A stretch of 64,000 bases of DNA from an uncultured virus (IMG/VR IMGVR_UViG_3300042879_001731). Lineage: Duplodnaviria; Heunggongvirae; Uroviricota; Caudoviricetes. Positions 35,600-44,558 of the stretch are shown here, piece after piece. The stretch's first letter is position 1. Each line of letters starts with the position of its first letter. A program made the position numbers and the translations under genes. The notes beneath the pieces were generated by a model. That model was not told the origin of the DNA. It was given only the letters and a program-made list of their open reading frames with translations, and searched no databases. Location: IMG/VR virus record IMGVR_UViG_3300042879_001731. The stretch is one strand, 5' to 3'.

Positions 35600-37966
35600 A
35601 TGATTACAATTTTTAAAAACATAAACGAAACAGGTAAGCCCTACTACATATCTGTAGAGAATGCTTTAGGTCGGATAAGAGATGGTAAGAGCAAGTCATT
35701 GCTTGACAAGATAAGAGTTACTGAGGACAAGGAGGAGAGGAACGAGCTAAAGAAAAAGCTACCTAGTGTTTGTTTCGGAGGGCGTTTTGCATCTAGAGCT
35801 GACAATGAGCTTATTAGTCCGTCTGGTATTATGTCTATCGATTTCGATGGGTTTGAGACAGATGACGAGCTGAAGGCCAAACGTTTTGAGCTAGAGATGG
35901 ATGACTATACTTACGCTCTGTTCACATCTCCGTCAGGTAATGGACTAAAGGTTCTAGTTAAGATACCATCTACAGATCCTAAAGGATACAAGGCATATTT
36001 TAAGGCTATACAGCAGTACTATAATTGCCCTAATTTTGATCGGTCATGCAGCAATATATCTCGAGTTACCTATGAATCTTTTGATCCGCAGGTTTACATT
36101 AACCAAGATAGTGTAACCTGGACAGAGATGGAGGAAGAGAAAAAGCCTGAAGTAAGAAAGGTAACTATTGCTATTGACGATCAAAACAAAACGATAGAGT
36201 TCCTTCACAAGTGGTGGGAAAAAGACTATGGACTTGTTTCTGGCAGCCGGAATCAAAACTTATTCATCCTTGCATCTGCCTACAATCAATACGGTATATC
36301 TTTACAGGATGCTGTTGACTCTCTATCAAGATTTGAACAGCCTGATTTTAGTGCGCTTGAGATACTTGCAACAGTTACATCAGCTTACAAGAATACATCT
36401 GAGCATAACACAAAGAAATTTGAAGATAAGGAGAAGGTAGATGCTGTTAAGGAACTAGTTGCTAGATCAGTTCCTATAGAATCAATAAGAGAACTTGTAC
36501 CTGAAGCAACCACCGAGGTTATCTCGGAGATATCCAATGAGATATGCGAGAGCGAGTTTTGGTTCAAGTCAAAGAAGGACATGCGCGTATCATTCATCAA
36601 TCACAAGTATAGAGACTTCCTTGTTGACAATGGATATATGAAATTTTATCCAGCGAAAGACAGTTCATTCATGCTTGTTCATGTAAATGGTAATGTAATA
36701 AACGAAGTATTAGATGATAATGTTCGTGACTTTGTATTTGACTATTTATACAACATGGATGACAAGAGTGTATATGATGCTTATGCAGAGAAGATAAAGT
36801 TAGGTAAAGAAGACTTTCTAGCATTCCTTCCAAACGTTAGGCCTAAGTTCTTAAGAGATGGGAAAAAACATTCTTATATATACTTTAGAAACTGTGCTGT
36901 AAAGATTACCTCTAAAAACATAGAGACAATAAGCTATGAGGAGTTAGGTGGATTTGTTTGGGAAAGACAAATAATTAATAGAGATTATAAGCCTTTGGAT
37001 TATTCAGATTCTGAGTACAAGCGATTTATAACTAATATATCAGGGAATGATCCAGACAGGTTAAGGACGATGGAGTCAACTATAGGGTATATGATGCACA
37101 ATTACAATGATAGTGCTTACAATCCGGTAGTAATTTTAAATGATGAGATGATATCCGACAAGCCTGAAGGTGGTACTGGTAAAGGTATATTCGTTAATGG
37201 TATAGCTAAGTTAAGGAACGCTGTCTTTATTGATGGAAAGAAGTTTGATCCAAAAGATAAGTTCCAATATCAACGCGTAACTCCTGATACACAAATACTT
37301 GCTTACCAAGATATAGACAAGAACTTTAGGTTTGATTTGTTGTTTTCTCAGGTGACTGACGGTATGACTGTAGAGATGAAGAATCAGAAGCAGTTATACT
37401 TTCCGTTCGAAGAAATACCAAAGATGGTAATCACTACTAACCATGCCATAAAAGGTGATGGCAACTCTGACGAACGAAGAAGATGGGAACTTGAGTTTAC
37501 TCAATATTATAAAAATGGATTTACTCCATTCCAAGAGTTTGGACATAACTTATTTGATGGATGGACAGATAAAGAGTGGTGCAGATTTGATAACTATATG
37601 ATATCAAACCTTCAACTTTATTTATCAAAAGGTCTTGTTAGAAGTAAATTTAAAAACCTAAAAGTAAGAAAACTTGAAGCTGCCACATCATCTGAATTTA
37701 GAGAATGGGTTCTTGGTAAGGATAAGAAATATGACCTTAATACAGGAATAGAATATCTTGGTCAAGACTTACTTAATGACTTCTGCATGAACTATCCTGA
37801 TTATGGACTTACTGGTAAGATAAAGATAACCCACAGAACGTTCTATAGATGGTTAGATGAGTATGCTAAGTATAGATATGGGACAAAGTTGATTGAGTTC
37901 CATGGCTTCAATGGCAAGGTAGTTAGATTTATAGATGGAGAAAAACAAACAGAATTATGTATATAG
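35600..37966 (+). CDS. Primase-helicase (BT4734/VirE-N-like + PriCT + SF3-like ATPase)
   Basis: LKKKLPSVCFGG, SIDFD, FTSPSGNGLK, GSRN, GGTGKG, ITTNH. Confidence 0.85.
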   Translation: MITIFKNINETGKPYYISVENALGRIRDGKSKSLLDKIRVTEDKEERNELKKKLPSVCFGGRFASRADNELISPSGIMSIDFDGFETDDELKAKRFELEMDDYTYALFTSPSGNGLKVLVKIPSTDPKGYKAYFKAIQQYYNCPNFDRSCSNISRVTYESFDPQVYINQDSVTWTEMEEEKKPEVRKVTIAIDDQNKTIEFLHKWWEKDYGLVSGSRNQNLFILASAYNQYGISLQDAVDSLSRFEQPDFSALEILATVTSAYKNTSEHNTKKFEDKEKVDAVKELVARSVPIESIRELVPEATTEVISEISNEICESEFWFKSKKDMRVSFINHKYRDFLVDNGYMKFYPAKDSSFMLVHVNGNVINEVLDDNVRDFVFDYLYNMDDKSVYDAYAEKIKLGKEDFLAFLPNVRPKFLRDGKKHSYIYFRNCAVKITSKNIETISYEELGGFVWERQIINRDYKPLDYSDSEYKRFITNISGNDPDRLRTMESTIGYMMHNYNDSAYNPVVILNDEMISDKPEGGTGKGIFVNGIAKLRNAVFIDGKKFDPKDKFQYQRVTPDTQILAYQDIDKNFRFDLLFSQVTDGMTVEMKNQKQLYFPFEEIPKMVITTNHAIKGDGNSDERRRWELEFTQYYKNGFTPFQEFGHNLFDGWTDKEWCRFDNYMISNLQLYLSKGLVRSKFKNLKVRKLEAATSSEFREWVLGKDKKYDLNTGIEYLGQDLLNDFCMNYPDYGLTGKIKITHRTFYRWLDEYAKYRYGTKLIEFHGFNGKVVRFIDGEKQTELCI

Positions 37967-38319
37967 AATATATAGATGGAGAAAACAAAGATGCCATATC
38001 TTTTCTCATTGATAAGATAGGTAAAAAGGAAGGATCTGATAGATTCATTCTTGCAGTAAGAGATGGGCTTAATATGTCTGGAGATAAACTAGTTTGGTGG
38101 GTTGATTTATTTAATAAGTATCATAACCACGATGATTATAGTTATGCTAATATTTTAAGAACAAGAAGGCATTTCAAAAATATTGCCTTTACTTATCTTG
38201 ATAGTGGTAATTATAAGATGTTTAATACATGGATAAGGAATTGGTCCAATATGCTTATTGTTTGTCGTCACGCATATCCAGAGAAATGGTCAGTAAAAAC
38301 CTCAGAGAATACCAAGTAG
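37957..38319 (+). CDS. Hypothetical protein
   Basis: ORF track. Confidence 0.6.
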   Translation: MYIEYIDGENKDAISFLIDKIGKKEGSDRFILAVRDGLNMSGDKLVWWVDLFNKYHNHDDYSYANILRTRRHFKNIAFTYLDSGNYKMFNTWIRNWSNMLIVCRHAYPEKWSVKTSENTK

Positions 38320-39542
38320 AGAACGCAAAGAAGGGATGCGCCATACTTAAGGAATTAGGTTTGGTGTATCTCTCTATGCAGGTTCGTTGTGGCAAAACAG
38401 CAACTTCCATGGAGGTGGCTAAGTTATACGGAGCCAAGAAGGTTCTGTTCCTCACTAAGAAGAAAGCTATCTCATCTATACAGTCAGACTATGAAGACTT
38501 CGGATATTCCGAACACTTCGAAATTATGATTGTGAATGATGAGAGCATGCACAAAATTGAAGATCCAAAATCTTTTGATTTAATTGTGCATGACGAACAT
38601 CACCGTTTTGGTGCGATACCTAAGCCTGGAATGTCTACTAAGTTATTTAGAAGTTTGTTTGCTGATAAGCCTATGATATTTCTTTCAGGGACCCCTGCAC
38701 CCGAATCTTTCAGTCAGATGTACCATCAGTTTTGGGTATCCAACAAATCACCATGGAGCAGATACGCTAATTTCTATAAATGGGCGGCAGATTATGTGAA
38801 TGTAAAGCAAAGAAAAATAAATAGCTTTATGGTGAACGACTACTCTGCAGGAATAGAGGAAAAGATAATGGGCGATATATCTAAATATATGCTTACATAT
38901 ACGCAGGAGCAGGCAGGCTTTCAATCAAAGATAGATGAAGAAGTATTGTATTGCAAAATGCTACCAAAAACGTATAAAATTGCAAATCAGTTATTGAAGG
39001 ACTTAGTGGTTGAAGGAAAAGAAGAAGTTATACTTGGCGATAAACCCGCCAAGTTGCTACAAAAGATTCATCAGTTATACAGCGGAACGATTAAGTTTGA
39101 ATCCGGTAAATCTATTGTATTAGATACAACAAAGGCTGAGTTTATTAAAGAAAGATTTGCAGGAAAAAAGCTAGGTATATTTTATGTATTCAAAGCGGAA
39201 TTGGATGCATTAAGACAGGTTTACGCGGATAATATTACTACAGATCTTGATGAATTTAATTCAACAGATAAGTCTATAGCTTTACAAATTGTATCAGGCC
39301 GTGAGGGTATATCCTTAAAAAATGCTGACTATCTTGTGTTCTATAATATACAGCACAGTGCTGTGTCGTATTTCCAGGGAATAGACCGCATGACTACCAT
39401 AGATAGACTTAACAATAAGGTCTATTGGATATTTTCAGAAGGAGGCATTGAGGAGAAAATATATAAAGTAGTAAAGAGTAAGAAGAAGTATACAGTTAAC
39501 ATATTTAAAAAAGATTACTCAATAACTTCCCAAAAGTCTTAA
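38286..39542 (+). CDS. SF2 (SNF2-like) helicase
   Basis: LREYQ, RCGKT, DEHH, SGTP, REGISL, QGIDR. Confidence 0.88.
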   Translation: MVSKNLREYQVENAKKGCAILKELGLVYLSMQVRCGKTATSMEVAKLYGAKKVLFLTKKKAISSIQSDYEDFGYSEHFEIMIVNDESMHKIEDPKSFDLIVHDEHHRFGAIPKPGMSTKLFRSLFADKPMIFLSGTPAPESFSQMYHQFWVSNKSPWSRYANFYKWAADYVNVKQRKINSFMVNDYSAGIEEKIMGDISKYMLTYTQEQAGFQSKIDEEVLYCKMLPKTYKIANQLLKDLVVEGKEEVILGDKPAKLLQKIHQLYSGTIKFESGKSIVLDTTKAEFIKERFAGKKLGIFYVFKAELDALRQVYADNITTDLDEFNSTDKSIALQIVSGREGISLKNADYLVFYNIQHSAVSYFQGIDRMTTIDRLNNKVYWIFSEGGIEEKIYKVVKSKKKYTVNIFKKDYSITSQKS

Positions 39543-39607
39543 ATATTTATACATTTGGTATAGTAATAATCAGCCAAAAGTTTTAAAAAATTGAAGTTTT
39601 GGCCGTT

Positions 39608-39738
39608 TATATAACGGCTGACGCTATACGAAGGTGGGGATTAAAAGTACTGAACCCTGACTTACCACAAAAGTAAATTAGAAGTACTAATGTACAAATT
39701 TGGCACACAGCCCCACTTTTGTATAGCGTATGTTATAG
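39608..39738 (+). repeat. attC-like hairpin site B1 (long)
   Basis: taac 39612, 19-bp stem 39621-39639/39711-39729, gtta 39732. Confidence 0.85.
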
Positions 39739-39757
39739 GCTGTAAAATTTACGGATT

Positions 39758-40015
39758 ATGAAACAAGAATATCCAAAGAAAGAAAAAGTTTATGTAGTTG
39801 CAACACACCATTACTGTTTTAGAGTAGGTGAGCCATCTGAAATAATTGGCGTTAAAATGGGGCAACCTGACGAGAAATCAAAGCCAAGATTGGTTTATGA
39901 AGTAGAATATTCAGATGGCGTTAGAGATGAAATATGTGTATCTGAAATAGGAATGAATTATCAACTACTGACTTTTGCTGATGTTAAAAGTGGAAGGTTT
40001 AATACGGAGCAGTAA
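39758..40015 (+). CDS. Cassette gene, hypothetical protein (85 aa)
   Basis: Single ORF between sites B1 and B2. Confidence 0.8.
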   Translation: MKQEYPKKEKVYVVATHHYCFRVGEPSEIIGVKMGQPDEKSKPRLVYEVEYSDGVRDEICVSEIGMNYQLLTFADVKSGRFNTEQ

Positions 40016-40033
40016 GGTAGTAAATTTTATTGC

Positions 40034-40161
40034 CTATAACGGTGAATTATTGGAGCAGTTGCCCATCAAAATATTGACAAACTTAAATTGAAACACAAAT
40101 GATAAAAAAACCACAGAACCCCGATACGAAGGAGGCAATTGCTTCCAATAATATGTTAGCT
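40034..40161 (+). repeat. attC-like hairpin site B2 (long)
   Basis: taac 40037, stem 40046-40063/40134-40152 with bulged T, gtta 40155. Confidence 0.85.
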
Positions 40162-40206
40162 TTTGGTTTTTGGCGAAACCTCAAATGCTATTTAGAACTG
40201 CCATTT

Positions 40207-40413
40207 ATGAGTAAGTGGAGAAGGAGAGAAAAAATTACACACATACCGATATGCTTAGGGCTTACCGTTTCGTGGAGTGATTACGACTTTGAATTGTGTG
40301 ATATGGAAGAATACTTTCCGAGAGGCAGAAAAGACGGTAAGCATAGATTGACTATATCGTGTGGAATTTTTTATTGGTGGATACGACTAACTTTCTATTC
40401 GCCAAAAACTTGA
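40207..40413 (+). CDS. Cassette gene, hypothetical protein (start may be 40099, inside the site loop)
   Basis: Single ORF between sites B2 and B3. Confidence 0.6.
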   Translation: MSKWRRREKITHIPICLGLTVSWSDYDFELCDMEEYFPRGRKDGKHRLTISCGIFYWWIRLTFYSPKT

Positions 40414-40466
40414 AGCTAACAGTCGCATAGGCATCCGCTTTAGTGGTGCTTATGCTTTGTTATGTG
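40414..40466 (+). repeat. attC-like hairpin site B3 (short, putative resident site)
   Basis: taac 40417, gcataggcatccgct/agtggtgcttatgc, gtta 40459. Confidence 0.8.
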
Positions 40467-40537
40467 TCCAGTTTTTTGAGTAAAAAACATGACATTAAAT
40501 CGGTAAATATCCGAGTATTAATTAATAATTTAGCAAG

Positions 40538-40855
40538 ATGAGCGGAGGAAAATGGGAATATATTCAGTATAGACTGAATGACATTGTTGACGATATAAAG
40601 TCAGAGATAGAAAAAAGTGGTCGTGAGAAGACGGTCAAAGAGATTAAAGAAGAATATTGGTATGATCCTGAATGGTATGAAAAATATCCTGAAGATAAGT
40701 TTCACTACAAGTATCCAGATGAAGTCATTGAAGAGTTCAAGAAGGCCATAGAGATAATAGGAAAGGCAGAAACGTATATACATCGTATAGACTGGCTGTT
40801 ATGTGGTGACGATGGAGATGAAACATTTATTAAAAGATTAAAAGAAGAATTATGA
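40538..40855 (+). CDS. Conserved phage hypothetical protein
   Basis: MSGGKWEY...RIDWLLCGDDG. Confidence 0.75.
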   Translation: MSGGKWEYIQYRLNDIVDDIKSEIEKSGREKTVKEIKEEYWYDPEWYEKYPEDKFHYKYPDEVIEEFKKAIEIIGKAETYIHRIDWLLCGDDGDETFIKRLKEEL

Positions 40856-41226
40856 GGCAGTTAGTATATAATGCAGTAAAATGTCTTGAATGTGGAGAGA
40901 GTATAGTTAGTTACCATCGACACGATTATAAGACATGTGGATGCCCAAACAGCGCTATGGTAGACGGTGGAACAGCATACGGTAGATATGGAGCTAAAGA
41001 CATGAATAAGATTGAAAAGATAGATGTCTATGACGATGACGACTTTGAGTTAGTAAGGAAGTATGCCACAAGAGGTAGCCGAGGTCCAAATGGAGATCAG
41101 CCTTTATCGTGGATTGCGATATGCGATATGGATGATGATTACCTTCAGGCTGTATTAGATTATGGGGGCCCTGAGTGGCACTTAAATATTATCAAAAAAG
41201 AAATTGAATATAGGAGCAAAGTTTAA
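40852..41226 (+). CDS. Zn-binding hypothetical protein
   Basis: CLECG..SYHRHDYKTCGC...VDGG. Confidence 0.75.
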   Translation: MRQLVYNAVKCLECGESIVSYHRHDYKTCGCPNSAMVDGGTAYGRYGAKDMNKIEKIDVYDDDDFELVRKYATRGSRGPNGDQPLSWIAICDMDDDYLQAVLDYGGPEWHLNIIKKEIEYRSKV

Positions 41227-41243
41227 TTTTTAAATGTAATTTT

Positions 41244-41591
41244 ATGGAATGCAAAGAATGTTTTGGAAGTGGGCAATATGAGATAGGCCCAGAGTGCGAT
41301 AAGCCAGCAAGCATGTGTTGTGGCGGATGCTATAAGAAAGTTAAATGTGAAAAATGCAATGGAACTGGAATTATTAAGATGAATACACCAATAGATGAAA
41401 TTTACAGAATGTGGCACAGTAAAGATCAAAGAGAATTTGATAGATGGTTTGCTGTGAACAAAAATACATTGAATAAAAATTTGATGGAAATGATGGAAAA
41501 AGCATATTATGCCGGATTCAATGAAGAACTTCCTTTCGCTAGTTTTGAAGATTATATAAATGGAATCGAAAATACAGGCGAAACTGATTAA
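41244..41591 (+). CDS. DnaJ-type CxxCxGxG zinc-finger protein
   Basis: CKECFGSG, CEKCNGTG. Confidence 0.65.
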   Translation: MECKECFGSGQYEIGPECDKPASMCCGGCYKKVKCEKCNGTGIIKMNTPIDEIYRMWHSKDQREFDRWFAVNKNTLNKNLMEMMEKAYYAGFNEELPFASFEDYINGIENTGETD

Positions 41592-41853
41592 AGAATTAGA
41601 GTCCAAGGGGTACTACGTTCTTAAACTATCTGTAACCAATAAGCCTGGCATACCTGACCTTGTTGCAATACCAAAGGACTGCAATGCTGTCTTTATTGAG
41701 GTAAAGCAGAAGGGCAAGAAGCCAAGAGAGCTTCAGAAGTATAGAATGAAAGAGCTATCTGATCACGGAATTAAAGCATACGTATATGATGGAACCTGGA
41801 GTATATATAGCGGAGATAGAGATGAAGGCTGTTCCGGCAGCGAAGAATTCTAG
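41560..41853 (+). CDS. VRR-NUC/Holliday junction resolvase
   Basis: ESKIQ...GIPDL...FIEVK...LQ. Confidence 0.9.
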   Translation: MESKIQAKLIKELESKGYYVLKLSVTNKPGIPDLVAIPKDCNAVFIEVKQKGKKPRELQKYRMKELSDHGIKAYVYDGTWSIYSGDRDEGCSGSEEF

Positions 41854-42032
41854 ACTTCATCCTATATCAATAAAATACGACAAATATCCTATATTGTTAG
41901 ACGAACATGGTAATATACCATATGAATGCAAAAAAAGAACATGCAAAAATCTTATGGGAGATAAGTCTGTAAACTATGAAAGGTATATAGTTACATTAAA
42001 ATATAAAAACGAAAAATTTAGCACAAAAACAT

Positions 42033-42440
42033 ATGGAAATTGAAAAATTAATGATGGCTAGAAATTATTTTGAGAAAGCCAAAGGAAAAAGAATTGGAAC
42101 ATGGATGTCCGAATTGAGAAGACAATTTGTAATTAGAATGGATAAAGATGGTGCTGAATCAAAGCACATTAAAGCAATAACATTCTTAGGTCATGATCAG
42201 ACATGGCATTACTTAAATAGATGCAAACCTAATCCACAAGTAGAGAAGATAGTTATTGAAAACATGGATGAATGGATAGAAAAGGGATTATATCCAATAT
42301 CTGTTAGAGTTAGGTTAGCTAATGGATATGACAAGATGGAATATGTTTTAAATGAAGACCCATCATACAAAGCTAAGTCATCTAGAAATATAAAATTAAT
42401 CATGTCAAAAAAATGGGATGAGATAATTGATGGTTTATAA
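42033..42440 (+). CDS. Hypothetical protein
   Basis: ORF track. Confidence 0.65.
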   Translation: MEIEKLMMARNYFEKAKGKRIGTWMSELRRQFVIRMDKDGAESKHIKAITFLGHDQTWHYLNRCKPNPQVEKIVIENMDEWIEKGLYPISVRVRLANGYDKMEYVLNEDPSYKAKSSRNIKLIMSKKWDEIIDGL

Positions 42441-42476
42441 TTTGTTAATAAATCAAATAGTCTTATATTTGGCGGC

Positions 42477-42641
42477 ATGAATAATTACATACAGTACGTT
42501 AATAGCACAATGAAAGAGATAAATGATCTTTGTGCTGAACTGTATGAGTCTTTGGCTGACCGAAATGACGAAGAATCAAAAGAAGTCATAAGAAAACTTG
42601 TAAAAGTTTTGAGAGACATCCAAAAATCCAACGATGAGTAA
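42477..42641 (+). CDS. Small helical protein, probably leaderless
   Basis: Read manually; ATG 5 nt after TATATTTG (42464-42471). Confidence 0.6.
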   Translation: MNNYIQYVNSTMKEINDLCAELYESLADRNDEESKEVIRKLVKVLRDIQKSNDE

Positions 42642-43797
42642 AAACGTAAAGAAAAGAATCGAGGAGCTTTATAATGACGGCATACAATCAAAGTCAGAAA
42701 TAGCCAGAAGGTTAAAATCAGAGTTTCCAGAACTATCATTTGACGCAATAAGATTTAAAGCGTCAAGATACATAAAGAGGATAAGTAACGTTGCTTTTTA
42801 CGAAGAATGCGAGAAGATAGGTATAGACCCTAATACTGTTAATCACTACTGGTATAAAGGAAAGCATTATTCTATAAATGTTAAAGGGGATTTAGACAAT
42901 TCATTAGGTATAGACTTTGAAAAAGTTATATCTGACTGCATGAGTAATTATAGTCCAGTTAGTAAAATTAAACATTCGGAAGATTATGAAATGTTTGATA
43001 GATTAATATGGACAGATGTGCATGTTGGTATGGATGCCAGTAGAAACTCATTAGCATTGTATCCATCTGAATGGAATGCAGATGTTTTATTCAGGAGAAT
43101 TCATGAAATGGCAGATTTTGTTTTAAACAATAAGACTGGAAGTATACTTATAATTGATGAGTTAGGAGATTTTATGGACGGATGGGATGGCGAGACAACA
43201 AGAAAAGGCCATAAACTACCACAAAATATGACTAATGAAGAAGCTTTCGACACAGCTTTAAAGGCTAAAATTCTTCTTGTAAGTTTATTAGCTAGTAGTT
43301 ATGACTACATATATTGCAACAATATATGTGAAGATAATCACGCTGGATCATTTGGATATATTGTTAATTCAGCATTTAAAAATGTTGTTGATTGTAAGTT
43401 TAATAATGTAGAGGTTAAAAATCATCAGAGATTTATAAATCATTATATATTTGGAGTGCATGCATTTATAATAACTCATGGAAAAGATTCTCGTAATTTG
43501 AAATTTGGATTTAAACCTGTTTTGGATCCTAGAACTTCTGAAAAAATATCTCAATATATAAGACATAATTCTGAGCTAAGATCAATAGACAATATTGAAT
43601 TTAGCAAAGGTGATTCACATCAATGTCTTTTTGATATGTGCACATCTGATGAATTTGATTATTTTAATTATCCAGCATTTAGCCCATCATCTGAATGGGT
43701 TCAAACAAATTTCAAGAAAGGAAAGTCTGGATTTGTAATGCAAAATATATCTAAAAATACATCTCAAAAAATTACAAAAACATATTTCTTTAATTAA
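42634..43797 (+). CDS. Calcineurin-like metallophosphoesterase with N-terminal HTH
   Basis: TDVHVG, LGDFMDG, DNH, THG, GDSH. Confidence 0.75.
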   Translation: MSKNVKKRIEELYNDGIQSKSEIARRLKSEFPELSFDAIRFKASRYIKRISNVAFYEECEKIGIDPNTVNHYWYKGKHYSINVKGDLDNSLGIDFEKVISDCMSNYSPVSKIKHSEDYEMFDRLIWTDVHVGMDASRNSLALYPSEWNADVLFRRIHEMADFVLNNKTGSILIIDELGDFMDGWDGETTRKGHKLPQNMTNEEAFDTALKAKILLVSLLASSYDYIYCNNICEDNHAGSFGYIVNSAFKNVVDCKFNNVEVKNHQRFINHYIFGVHAFIITHGKDSRNLKFGFKPVLDPRTSEKISQYIRHNSELRSIDNIEFSKGDSHQCLFDMCTSDEFDYFNYPAFSPSSEWVQTNFKKGKSGFVMQNISKNTSQKITKTYFFN

Positions 43798-44507
43798 TGA
43801 TTTATAAATGTGTTATATATAAAATAACTTCACCTTCTAATAAAATATATATTGGTCAGAGTAAAAATGTAAATAAGAGATTTAAGCAATATCAAAAAAT
43901 GAATTGTAAAACTCAAAAAGTATTACTTAATTCATTAAATAAATACGGAGCAGATAATCATATATTTGAAGTCATAGAAGAATGTGCTTTTGAAGATTTA
44001 AATATTAGAGAGAGATATTGGCAGGAATATTATAATTCATTAGCTCCAAATGGATTAAATTCCATGCTTACAGAGTCTAAAGATTCTCCTAGAGTTGTAT
44101 CAAAATCAACTTCAATTAAATTATCTGAATCCAAAATAGGAAATAAAAACCCTATGTATGGAAAGAAAAAGACTGATGCTCAAAAAGAATATTTATCATT
44201 AAAATTTAAAGGAAGAGTGTTTACAGATGAATGGAAAAGAAAAATACAGGAATCTAAAATTAAATCTGGCAAGCATAAACATGGAAAGCCAATGTCAGAA
44301 GAAACAAAACAAATGTTAAAACTTGCTCTAATAGAAAAATTTTCTGGATTTAATAATACAAGATCAAGGATAGTTCTTGATGTAGAAACTGGAATATTTT
44401 ATTATAACGTTAATGACGTTTCATTGTATAATAACATACATAAAGAAACATTAAGAGCTATGCTTAAAGGTAGAATTAAAAACAAAACTAAATTTATATT
44501 TGCATAA
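43797..44507 (+). CDS. GIY-YIG homing endonuclease, paralog of 32522
   Basis: IYKITSPSNKIYIGQ, FEVIEECAF..LNIRERYWQE. Confidence 0.9.
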   Translation: MIYKCVIYKITSPSNKIYIGQSKNVNKRFKQYQKMNCKTQKVLLNSLNKYGADNHIFEVIEECAFEDLNIRERYWQEYYNSLAPNGLNSMLTESKDSPRVVSKSTSIKLSESKIGNKNPMYGKKKTDAQKEYLSLKFKGRVFTDEWKRKIQESKIKSGKHKHGKPMSEETKQMLKLALIEKFSGFNNTRSRIVLDVETGIFYYNVNDVSLYNNIHKETLRAMLKGRIKNKTKFIFA

Positions 44508-44524
44508 AATATATGATTGTGAAC

Positions 44525-44558
44525 AAAAGAAACCCCTGGTTTGCGCCAGGGGATTTTT
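44525..44558. terminator. Bidirectional terminator between convergent arms
   Basis: A-run, cccctgg/ccagggg stem, T-run. Confidence 0.85.

Noticed and set aside
37930..37990. 15-bp duplication tatagatggagaaaa at the primase end
   Set aside because: Short local duplication with no further structure
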